In this document: piece by piece, positions 1 to 11,000 of the stretch | Position numbering within the stretch: position 1 is the stretch's first letter | Layout: each line of letters begins with the position of its first letter | Assembly: GCA_043228905.1 (NCBI GenBank) | Contig: JBHGNT010000012.1 | Span: 7,936,001 to 8,000,000, forward strand | DNA length: 64,000 nt | Reading direction: 5' to 3' | Source of the DNA: Azolla caroliniana | Taxonomy: Eukaryota > Plantae > Polypodiophyta | Made by a program: the position numbers and the translations under genes | The notes under the pieces: generated by a model | Seen by the model: only the letters and a program-made list of their open reading frames with translations | Told to the model about the DNA's origin: nothing | Database searches by the model: none

Positions 1-396
1 GGAGCTTATGCTTTCGTACTCATTGAGGTGTGCTTGAACCGAGTCAGATTCTTTCATCCGCAAGTTGTAGAGGCGCCGGATCAGAAACATCTTTGTTGCG
101 GCGACCTTCTTTTCGTAAGTGTCCGACAGTGTTTTCCACAGTTCGAATGCTGTCGTACACGATTGCACCGTAAAGTATACCGATTCCGATAGGTGCATCC
201 GAATCGTGGCGCGGACGATTCTGTCCAGCTTCTGCCACTCAATTGGTTTGTATCCTTCTGGAGGTTCTTCATTTTCGATGGGATCGATTTGCCCCTTGAC
301 TATGAGATAGTCCTGCATTTGTTCCTTCCAGAAGTTGAAGTTCGATCCATCGAACTTTCGTAGACTCATTTCTGACGAGCCGGATGTTGATGCCAT
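1..396 (-). CDS. gag: Copia Gag N-terminus (UBN2-type), runs off the window edge
   Basis: Manual translation: MASTSGSSEMSLRKFDGSNFNFWKEQMQDYL...LWKTLSDTYEKK...IRRLYNLRMKESDSVQAHLNEY, typical copia gag. Confidence 0.85.
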   Translation of the reverse strand, partial: MASTSGSSEMSLRKFDGSNFNFWKEQMQDYLIVKGQIDPIENEEPPEGYKPIEWQKLDRIVRATIRMHLSESVYFTVQSCTTAFELWKTLSDTYEKKVAATKMFLIRRLYNLRMKESDSVQAHLNEYESISS

Positions 397-1047
397 CAAA
401 TTGGGTTTCGGTTGACGAAGCTCGGTTCGGAGTTGACTACGAGCCCTTTTGGAGTGCAGCCGGTTGGCTCACCCGATATCGTTCTAGTCGGATTTGAACC
501 CGAGTCGGTTCGGCTTCGGAACTTGCTCGAATTGACTCCGGTAGCTTGAGGGACAGAACCGACTGGTCTTCCCGAATGTTGCCGAGTCGGAGTGAGCCCG
601 GTTCGCTTCGGATATATATGCCGAATACCGATTATTGAAACCGATTATCTGGACCGATTCTGCTTCGGTTGACTGCAGCAACGAGAGAGACGGATCCAAC
701 TGATCCTCCCGAATGTCGATCAGCCAGATGAAGCACGAATTTGGGGTTGTTGTCTTGAGACCGATCTGCACCGAGTGGTTACAATGAGCGGCGTTTGATT
801 ACCTCTTCGGATGCCGTTTAACCGGGTGGAGCACGATCGTGTCAATGTTGCACAAGGGGATTTCACCTCGAGCGGTTACGATCACAAGGGACAGAGTACA
901 ACCTGTTGGCTTACTCCAAGCGAAGATGATCTAACGCGATGAGATGCAAGCCTCGTTTCTCTTCTTCTTCGAATGACGCAGGAAACCGAATGCTGTGCAG
1001 GCTGAGACGACGGCCAACAGCAGATTGAAGGACCGACTACTGTGCAG

Positions 1048-1059
1048 GCTCTGATACCA
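1048..1059 (-). promoter_or_regulatory. Primer binding site, tRNA-iMet
   Basis: TGGTATCAGAGC 2 nt after the LTR end. Confidence 0.9.
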
Positions 1060-1148
1060 GATGTTGGAGACGAGGTCGTCTATGCGGAAGATCAAGAAGC
1101 ATTCAATTGGTTTTTGAATACCTGCGTATGACAGTTTCTAGGTCGTTG

Positions 1149-1152
<4 letters not shown>

Positions 1153-1198
<46 letters not shown>
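1153..1198. repeat. (AG)n microsatellite inside the copia LTR
   Basis: Direct reading. Confidence 0.95.
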
Positions 1199-1199
<1 letters not shown>

Positions 1200-1872
1200 C
1201 ACAAAAGACTTTCTATTCAATAGAAACAATAATACAACACCCAACCTTACAAAAAGGTTACAAGGTCACTATATATAGTGACCGACTTAGGGCAACTACC
1301 CTTTATGCTAATTACACAAATGGCCTAAAGGGATAGTGTGAATACGTCCATTATACACTTGTATTCGACACCGTCGGTGAAGGTGTGTCCTATGCAGGCC
1401 GGATCTCGTAAACTGGGGTCCGACGCCACCCCTCTGATTCGGGACTCGCTACCCTCCGGCAAGGGTGCCGCAACTGGCCTCACCTTCCGGTCCACAGTCT
1501 TGTACTTCGTGCTAACTCGGGCCATCCGATCCGACCCGAGCCCCCGACTGAAGTTCGTGATGACTTCGTACATCTCTTCGGAACATACCAGTATTGTCCG
1601 GTCTTCGTTAAGGTCTTCTCCGGCAACCTTCCTCAGCATCCCCAAGGTGTCGTCGAAGGAGACCGCCTCCACGGCCCCGCTGATTTCCTCGTCCGGGCCG
1701 AGAACTCCGCACGCTCGAAGTCGCTCTTCCACCCTTGTCTTTTCTCGGCCAACGATGCCGACTATCATACACCCTCCGTTGTTGGAGAAGCAAAACTTCC
1801 TACCTATCGTACAGTCGTGGGGTCCTTTCCGAGTGTCCGGGCTGTCTCGGCCCCACGCCTTGGCAGCCCTCT

Positions 1873-3995
1873 CTAAAAATCCTCCCGGTTCTCGCCACCG
1901 AGGGATTCGCGGTTTCTCTCGTGGTTCGGCCGCACCGTCAGAAATTGCACCGAATGGCGCCCGTCTTGGCTTTTGACCCTCGCGTAGGCCGAACCATTGT
2001 CCAGCACCTTGGTCTCCATTCGCGCCGCCGTGATGTATGGTTCCCCTAATATGACCGGGTGCGAGGACGTCTCCTGAACAAAGAAGTGTTGGTCAATCTC
2101 GACGTCGCCGATCTTGACTCGCACGTTCGGGCAGGCCCCGTGCAGTTCCTCGGTGGCGCACGTCGCCGCCCGTATCTTCCACCCGTGCTTGGTGTTGATC
2201 GGCCACTTCCCCTTCTTATAGAAGTCCATGGACATCAGGTTTATTTCCGAACCGTGGTCCACCAATGCCACCACCGGTCCTGAACATCTCCGATCTTTAC
2301 CGGGGTCTCCGTGGTCGCTCGGGCCCAGTGTGGCCTCGAATAGTGGCTCTCTGCCCACTCAACTGCTAGCGCCGAGTCAATGTGCGTCGTTCGCACTTCT
2401 ACCAGTCTTTCCGGATCCGTCTCCGTCGACAGCCTCTTCCGTTTCACCAAGTCTACAATGGAGTCGTGGAACTCCTTCTTGGCGATCCCTAGCACCTCCC
2501 GCAATGACAGCTCCACCTTGCGGTCGAGGATCCGTTCCTCCAGGACCTTTCGTAGGTCCGTAGTCCTTTCTATTTCCGTCCCCAGTCGGTATCCGCCCTT
2601 CCTGGGGTTATCTTGCGAGCTGGACCCGCCGGCATCGTTCCGTCGTTGCCCGAATCGGGTCTCGTACCGTTGTGAGGGCCCGGCCGCTCCGGCTTTCCCC
2701 ACTCGTTTGTCTTCTACCAGGGCCTCGTAGTTCCGGTAGGCGGCTTCTACGAAGCCCGTCTTCTCCTCGACCGGATTGCTCCACCCAGTTATTTCCCGGA
2801 CCCGTCTCTCAGCGCGGTCCGTTTCGTCTTTCCTTAGTCGTGCGCCGGCAAGACCTTCCAGCATTGCCGACCAGAATCCGTCTTTGCCCTCCTTTCGGGC
2901 CTCGCTGCCCCCGACCCGAATGCCGGCCGACGCCGAGTAGTGGATGGCCTCCACGTGTCGGGCCGCTGCCTCTTCCATCAATCCCTTCATACCTCCTCGT
3001 CCGTCGTTTCGGTTTAGGGACCTTCTGGTGTCGCCGGCGTGCACCCGGCCTTCCCACAAGTACACCACCCGGTTCCTCAACGCTTCTGCGAAATCGCCGC
3101 AGTCCTTCCGGATGTGGCCGACCTGGTCGCACCACATGCACCTGTTCCCTGTTGCCGGCCGTCGGTCACGAGCCGGTTCGCCGCCTTCCCTTCGAGTCTG
3201 GGCGATCTGGAGATCCTTTATCGCCCGCGTCAACTCCTCCAGCGCTGCTCCTCCGGACGAGCCACTGACCATGCCGGTCGAAGCCCGACCGGTTCCGAGC
3301 CATTCTCGGGTTTCTTCTCTTCGCCCTTGCGGTGCCGGTTCAAGCCTCCTTGTTGTGACAGAGCCCGCACTGGCCGCCCCGTTATCAGCCCATTCTCGCC
3401 GTTTGTCGAAACGGCCACAGACTCTCTTAACCGCAGCCCAGTCGGTCGTCAGCCCATCTTCGGTTTCCAGCAAGGCGCCGACTTGATCCCGGTCCCGCTC
3501 GTCCACCGACTTGACGAACAGTAGGACCCGACTCGTATCCAGAACGGTTCGGTCAAGCGTCGAAAGGCGCGCAAAGCGTTCTTCGAACTCCCGGAGGAGT
3601 GCTGACGCGTTTCTCCCCTTGCCGGGGGACTCCACCCATTCCATGAAGTCTCGTTTCGAAAGCCGGAGCGCGTCGTCCAGCCCATATTTTTCCAGGAGTC
3701 GGCCTTCGAACTTCTCCCAGGTATGGCTCTCCGCCCGCACCTCGAGCACCTCCGCATGGATGCTCGGCCTCGCCACTCGAGGAAACCCGGCAAGACGCCT
3801 CTCTTCCGAAATGTCCCGCATCAGCATTTCTGCCCCGTAGGACGCCAAATACTTCGTGGCATCCTTTCCGCTGAACCGGCCGATCGTACCGACAACCGCC
3901 TCAATGGGTCTGTCGAGGGCGCCGGTGCCCTCGCGTGTGCTCAATATCCGATCCACGGCCGAAGCCATGGCCTCTGCAAGATCCGACCCCCTCAT
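1873..3995 (-). pseudogene. Gag-protease ORF with an apparent 1-bp frameshift lesion near 2280
   Basis: ORFs 2241..4196 (gag, zinc knuckle) and 1873..2358 (PVVALVDHGSEINLM..ILGEPY aspartic protease) overlap in different frames. Likely ATG at 3995, just after the PBS. Confidence 0.75.
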
Positions 3996-4017
3996 CTTCT
4001 GCTCTTCTTCCGCCTCC

Positions 4018-4035
4018 TTCACGTCGGGTTCACCA
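4018..4035 (-). promoter_or_regulatory. Primer binding site complementary to the tRNA-Trp 3' end
   Basis: TGGTGAACCCGACGTGAA, complement of recalled plant tRNA-Trp ...UUCACGUCGGGUUCACCA. Identical at ~43190-43207 and 50623-50640. Confidence 0.8.
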
Positions 4036-4678
4036 AAGATGTCGAGGTATTCCTCGCGGATGCGTGGAATGAGGCGGGACCTCAGGGGTCCTGTACCGAA
4101 GAGCAAGAGAGAAAGGACAAGAGACCCACTACGTGCAAGCGTAGATTCACAGGGACACGGCCCTTCGACACAAAGATGCGAGTGGGACAGCGACACAGAG
4201 AGACACGAATGTATGTATGTATTAACAAAGACAACAACAAGAACACGGAAGTAACAAAAAAAACACGAAGTCGGTTACAACCGAACAGGCCAGCGGACAG
4301 ATGCCGATGCATGTTCGTAAAAGCACAGAAAGACAGGAGCAGGTTGGAGGTGCTGCCGGAAGCACTCGGGCATTCCTCAGAGCAGCGCGAGCCTCCCGAA
4401 ACCTACACAGAAAGAAGCTATGGAGTTTGCGAACCAGAGAGAGAGAGAGAAGCCTTCGCACGCAAACCGACAACACTTCGTCCTCGACTCTCCGCGATCC
4501 TTCGCCCCTCCTCGTCTCCCTCCTTTTATAGGCAAGGAAGGAGCCGTTTCCCCTTTACTCCCTACCTACCGAATCTACCTAGGATCTCCTATGTACAACT
4601 TAAGGCGCACGTGCATGAAGAGTCGGTTTCTACGCTCCGGTGCACCGATTCCGCTCGTGGACGGTTTTCTTCACGACA

Positions 4679-5941
4679 CCGTGCACCGGAAAATTGCCGC
4701 AACTTGTCTAAGCTGAGGGGTTTGGTGAAGATGTCGGCCACCTGCCGATCCGTCGGAACATGTGGCAGTTCCACTTCACCGGAGAGAACGCGCTCTTGGA
4801 CAAAATGATAGTGCACGTCGATGTGCTTAGTTCAGGTGTGAAAGACGGGGTTCTTTGTCAACAGATTGTCGTCGGATCAGACACCTTCATTCGTAGATCA
4901 TTCGGGAGCCTCTTGAGCCATATGACTTTGCATGTTGTAACAACTGCTCCTCAGTACTCGGCCTCGGCCTCCATGCTCGACAGTGCTACTGTCGACTACT
5001 TCTTACTATTCCAGGCGACCGAGGTGCTTCCAAGTGAAAATGCATGTCTGGATGGAGACTTGCGGTCACTCACATTTCCGGCCCAATCAGCATCTGTGTT
5101 CCCGACAAGTTGTTCGGCTACACCGGTTCGATACAACGTCCTTAGTGCCGCTAACATACCTGAGTATTCGGTGTGCGCACTGAAGGTACTCCACAACCGG
5201 ATGTGCCATGAATTGACTAATCAATCCAACCAGATAGCTGAGATCCGATCGGGTGAGCGTCAGATATATGAGGCTTCTGACTATATGTCGGAACCTTTTC
5301 GGGTTGCATGCCATTCCGAACTTGGGGCGAAGCTTCACATTCTAGTCCAGAGGAGTCGAGATGGATTTCATTCCATCATACCGAATTTGAAGAGCATACT
5401 CAACACATAGTGGCGTCCACTGATCAATATACCTTCCGGGGTGCAGATCACTTTGATCCCGAGGAAGTAATGAAGGTCTTCGAGATCCTTCATTTCAAAC
5501 GATGCCGCGAGTTCTAACTTGACGTGTTTGATTTCGTCCAGGTCGGCGCCGACGATGATTAAATCATCAACATATTAAAGTAAAATACTAACCGGTCCAT
5601 TCCGACCTTGTCGGATGAAGAGTGAAGAATTTGACTTTGACGCGGCAAACACCATCTGACGCAGTCGTTGTGTGATCTTCGCATTCCAGGCACGCAGGGC
5701 TTTCTTTAGTTTGTAAAGGGCCTTCTTCAGTCGACAAATGGTAGACTTATTCATTCTGGACTGAAATCAGGGGGGCTAAACCATGTATACTTGTTCCTCA
5801 AGATCACCTTGCCGGAACACATTTTTCACATCCATTTGATGTAGATGCCACCCCTTCGCCACCACCACCGCAAGCAAGACACAAACAATCGTCATCTTTG
5901 TGACTGGCGCGAATGTCTCATCGTAGTCGATGCCGTGCTTA
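4679..5941 (-). mobile_element. Degenerate Ty1/copia RT-RNase H fragment
   Basis: [48 protein letters not shown]-type motifs with stops and frameshifts. Confidence 0.85.
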
Positions 5942-5944
5942 AGC

Positions 5945-7782
5945 ATCACGGTTTTTGAACAGGAACAACACTATTGTAAAGCATTCGTCGACTGAGATCA
6001 AGTGGATAATGAGAATTTAGCTTTCGAAATTGGAAAAACCATACTTGTGTTCTAGACACGCATTGGGGAAGATGCCGAGCAAACTCCGATTCCGGTGGAC
6101 CGTATTGGATAATCGGCATAAAAAATGGGACCTTCGAACTGGGAACCCTAGCTGGGGAAATTCTGCAGCAAAAGGTCAACGGATTCTGACTCAAACCCTA
6201 CGCGGGACCCACACCTCCAAATCCGTTTAGAAATGCCGCGAAATTCCCGACTGGAAACGATGACCCACTCCTTGCCCAATCAATCTCGAGCGGTGGACCC
6301 ACCCACCATTAATATGAACCCAATTGGTTTAATATTGTAATATTAATGTAAACTATTAACATCCATTACCGGCTCTGCATTCCCACGCGTGGACGACATG
6401 ACATGGCTCGATGGACCTTGAACACCAAAGTTCCCACTGAACAAAAAGGTAACCTAAGTCATTTCTCTATCCCTACACTAACACATAAGCTCTCACCGCT
6501 CTCCTTGCGCTCCTTGCTCTCGCTGCTCAGAAAAACCCTCGCACTCTCGCTACCCACCATATCTGCACGCTCTTGCTGCTCAGAAAAACCCTCACGCTCT
6601 AGCTACCCACCATACCATCTGCACGCTCTCCTCGCTCTTCTCACCGACCAAATCACTCCTCTGTCCAACTCGACGTTGAGACAACCATGACCATCAACAT
6701 CTCCCCTACTTTGAGACGATGGCTCAATGGTTTCTGTTAGAAGCTGGTTGCGTTCATCCCAATGCTTACGAATATGCCAACACAGAAGGCCGAGATAAAT
6801 ATAACGACCTTCGAGGGTCACGCCATGTATTGGGGGGTAATCCTTGCACGCCTTCCAAGCCGCCAAGAAGCTCCGCCCCGTCATTCAACAATATTCAACC
6901 ATATTGTTCCCCCCCAACGACCCTACCAACAACACCAGGCTCTACCCGACCATCGCCAACCCTATGTCCGTAGAAACGGCACCTCGAAGACCTCACGACC
7001 TCGGAATGGGAAGAGGAAGGCAATACCCGACCAACCAAGTCCGTCGACCCATGGAACGTATAGCCGTCAACCCACACCATGGATCAGGAAACCGAAGAGG
7101 GACAAAGCAGCCCCAAAACCAAACGCCTTCGATTGGATTGGAAAGACGGTCGCGGTTTGGTAAAAGACATGGCACCACGACCTACACCTGACACATCGAC
7201 AAACGCGGAGTCCACACAGACCCTTGAAGAAATCCCGAGGTCACAATTGTCCCTGGCTGGGAATACGCAACGAGGCAAAGGCATCCTAACCCCAGACAAC
7301 GTCGTGATGTCGTATTTGGAAATGCCAACCGTAGCCCATGAGTTCTCGGCTCTGTTACAGTTCGGTACGACATTCGAACTCATGTAGTTCATGGCCTTAC
7401 AACAAATAAAAGTCTCCCAACACATGGCTGCCGCAGAAGAGCATGCGGAGAGACAGATGATCAAGCGCCCCCTGGCCGGAATAACAAAGAGAGAAGATGA
7501 ACGAGCATTGGGCAAGATTGGCCGAATGAGGAATGCGGACGAAGGCCGTGCAGGAATTGAGCTTCCTCCATTAAATATCACCTTAGTTGAGGTCCACAGG
7601 GAGCTAGCCGCAGTACGGGTAGGAGCCAAAGATATGGTCTCCAAAACCAAGTTAGCAAAGAAAGGACGAAAAGTACGCCAAACAAACAACTAGAAGAGGC
7701 CCAGAAGACTATCGTGGACTTGGAGCATAGACTACAGGAAGCAACCGCCTCAACCAACACCGCAACCTCCCCCTCACCAACG
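5945..7782 (+). mobile_element. Outer Athila/Tat-related gypsy element, left part (integrase tail, spacer, start of extra ORF); 5' portion deleted
   Basis: 6030-6230 GKMPSKLRFRWT..GTLAGEIL..VNG matches the integrase end at 13390-13560. Continues at 17570 after the nested insertion (TSD caacg/aaacg). Confidence 0.7.
6495..6635. repeat. ~56-bp degenerate tandem repeat in the pol/extra-ORF spacer
   Basis: GCTGCTCAGAAAAACCCTCGCACTCTCGCTACCCACCATA..TCTGCACGCTCT occurs twice plus a partial copy. Confidence 0.7.
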
Positions 7783-8024
7783 TGTTACTCCCGGGCCGGA
7801 CTAGCCATTAACACAGGGTGTCCTTCCGGATCACTTCACCAAAGGGGTGGTTGCGGTAAGGATTTCCGACTCCGATAGGCTTCAACCGGTTAACGTCCGA
7901 CCACGATTCCTGCGGAAAGCAACGAACAATGGGGGCATGGATGACTAGGCCAACGAACGATCGAGTCGCCGAACGAGCAAAAAGACTGGCCAAGAGATTG
8001 TGGAAGCGGGAGGATTACTAGTAG

Positions 8025-11000
8025 GTGGCTGAGGAGATCCGGTCGGATCGGTCTTTTTCTAGAGTGATTTGGAGGGTTGCAGAGGAGTCACTCCGGGTAC
8101 AGCACAATCCATACCCAGATGAAGGAAGCAGTTTGAGCAATTTGCAGGACGCGGAATCCATCCTACAGACCCTCGCGGCGGGCGAGAAAGATTCGGGAGC
8201 ATTCTCGGCTATTGAATCGGGTTCGGAGGGGGAGCACAATGCTCAGTCCAATTATCGGAGCAGTCACGACACCCTGGAAAGCTCGGAGGATGACGGTTCG
8301 GAGAATATACCAACGCCAAAACCGGCATCCCAAGGTAACGAAACAGGGTCGGACGAGCAAGTATCGACACCACCACACAACCAAGTGGAGACTCAGGAGG
8401 AACGAGCTTCGATACCACCTCTTGAGTCACCAAAGAAACAGGAGGAGCGGGTACCGACACCACCTTCGACAGACCCGATAGACGACGACAGTATGCCGCA
8501 CCAGTATTCGAAATATCGGGATGACCCGGACGCGGAAGCCCACATATACGCCTTCCTCCAAAAATGGGAGGCGAACCATGTGTCCCAACGATTGAATGAA
8601 GCAGAGGCCGAGCGATCAAAGATAGCAGAATTCGGCACGATGACACTCTAAGAACCTCCCTGACACTATTGACACATTTGAAGAGTTAAAGACAAGGTTT
8701 CTACGATTCTTCCACATACATGTGGATCAAAGGGAAATTGTCGGGCAATTCTATACGACACAACAAGAGCCAACAGAAACCATCCAACAGGTCTTCATAC
8801 GGTTCCAGGAAATGTATAGTCAACTCACTAGAGCACCATTGGAAGAAGACGTGAAAGCAGTATTCTTGGCGGCGCTCCGGGAACCCCTCCGAACACTGTG
8901 TGCAGTCATAGATTTTCGGACCAACACAATAGACTAGGTCATAGACCGGGTCATGGACATGACAAGAATAGTTCTTGGCTGATGGTGGGGGCACTCCAAT
9001 GAGCACTCCCTACCGAAGAGGACCTACAGTTTCGCAAGGCGGTCCAATGCACGATGTGCCTTAATTCCGGGCACTCAACGGTAGAATGCACGATGAGATC
9101 AAAATGCATGCTATGCCACTCTAGGTCACACACAATGGACCCCTGTGAATATAATATGCTAAACCGGCAGGCGGCACCAGTACGGCATATTGAACCCCAA
9201 ACCGACCGACAAAATGAAGAAGAACGGTTCCGGTGAGATGATGGTTACAGACCGATCCAAGACGTCTGATACGAAGATAGATGGGACGCGTATGACCAGG
9301 ACCGTAATGATAGAGGCCGGGACTATAACCGTGATCGATATGATCATGATTACTCCCCCGGCCATAATCGGAGGAGGGATGACCGACGAGAAGAATATGC
9401 AAATTCGGATAGACGCCGGCAGGGATATCAGAACAACCGATGCTACAATAAAAAACGAAATGCTCGAAGAGAGGAGCGTCGGGAACCGGAAAAGGATTAT
9501 CAACGGGAGCCGGAAAGAAACATCATAGGCATTCAATCGAAGCAATGAAGATTAGAGGAGCTCAACTGGGCAATATCCAGTTTTTAGCCGGGTGACATGG
9601 CAAAAGCGGAGACTAATAATACACGGAAAGTGTATTGCTATTATTGTAGGCAAGATGAACACTACAACAACCAGTGTCCGGTCAAGACCAACGAAAAGCA
9701 AGCAACAGTTAATATGGTGATTGCAGAGGTGGTCGACATTTAGCAGGTCACCACCCGGTCAAAAGGAAAGATGGCCGAATGGGAGGCTCAAGAAGCAATC
9801 CGAAAACAAGCCACAGAATGGATAGAAAAGGCAAACGAATGGAATGTCATCGAAGTACATGAACAAATGAAGTTTCCGAAGGAAACAATAGGAACCACGA
9901 ACGAAAACCCCACGTGGCAGGCATTACAAGACTGCCAGATTATGCTACCACTGGGCCGTCTGCTGCAATTAGTCCCCCGATTCACCGACGGCCTGAAATC
10001 GACATTGGCACCACAAAACTCCGAGCAAGCTCGGTTCTTCTTTTCTAATCCGGAAGAAGGACCCGTAGTGGTGGACACCAACAACCCGACAATCACAACC
10101 ATCGTGAAGGGACGTGAAGTACCCGGAACAATCGTCGATGGTGGATCGGGGGTGAATGCCATTAGCCAGCGAACATGCGACACGTTGGGAATACAAGAAT
10201 GCGAGCCATGACCGTTTTGGCTCTGGATGGTAGATACCAGTTCGGTCCGACCGACCGGATTAATCTAGGATTTGGAAGTCACAATCAAAGGGCATACATT
10301 CCGGATTTCCGCGGTGGTTTTGCGGTTGAACACACAAGGAGCATAACCTTTGTTGCTGGGACGACCATGGCTGCGAACAACACATATAAAACAGAACTAG
10401 CAGAAAAACATTATTACATTCCGGAGAGGGAAAGCCAAGGTGCGAGTGTCGACACAACCCTGAGCAGGCGCAAGCCAGGATGTAACGCCATTGTATGCCG
10501 AAAGCATTAACATGTTGGATGGGCTAGCCGACGAAGAGGTAGATCGATACCTCGAAGAGCACCCAAAGATAATCTCGTTGTTCGAAGTGGATGTTGCCGA
10601 AGCAGTCACCCTGTATATCGTGCAATCGGAAGAAGTTCGTAAGGAGCCGGATCGGGACGCCATCTGGGAATTACGTCAGGCCCAAGAAGCCTTGGACCAG
10701 GAAATGGCAGTATCGCAACGAGTAAAAGCGTCCTAGTTGGAGGAAGTAAACCTAGGAACTGGGGAAGAGTCCAAACCGGTAAATGTGGCAAAAGAAATGC
10801 CATCGACAGAAAAATCGGCAATGGTGGCGCTACTAAAAGAATTCCGGGACGTATTCGCATGGTCGTACGAAGACATGCGAGGATTGGACCCCCAACTATA
10901 TCAACACCAGATCCACCTGAGCAAGGACGCAAAATCGGTAGCACAAAGACGATATTGTATGAATCTGAATTATGCGGCCAAAGTAAAGGAAGAAATCGAC

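Larger units (their letters stand above)
1..1370 (-). mobile_element. 5' end of a Ty1/copia LTR retrotransposon (5' LTR 1062-1370, PBS, leader, start of gag), inserted into the pol of the tRNA-Trp gypsy element
   Basis: LTR bounded by TGTTGG (1062) and TTCGACA (1370). Minus-strand TGGTATCAGAGC PBS at 1048-1059. The gypsy pol reading (..GHTFTDG) is cut at 1370. Confidence 0.85.
1371..4678 (-). mobile_element. 5' part of a tRNA-Trp-primed Ty3/gypsy element (LTR 4040-4678, gag-PR, start of pol)
   Basis: LTR TGTCG..CGACA termini, PBS TGGTGAACCCGACGTGAA, CCHC knuckle CMWCDQVGHIRKDC, protease LVDHGSE, pre-RT motif KYKTVDRKVRPV. Interrupts a copia RNase H at 4679. Confidence 0.85.

Noticed and set aside
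1338-4808. Long plus-strand ORFs (212, 198, 180, 361 aa)
   Set aside because: Antisense shadows of GC-rich gag-pol and LTR sequence; some cross insertion junctions.
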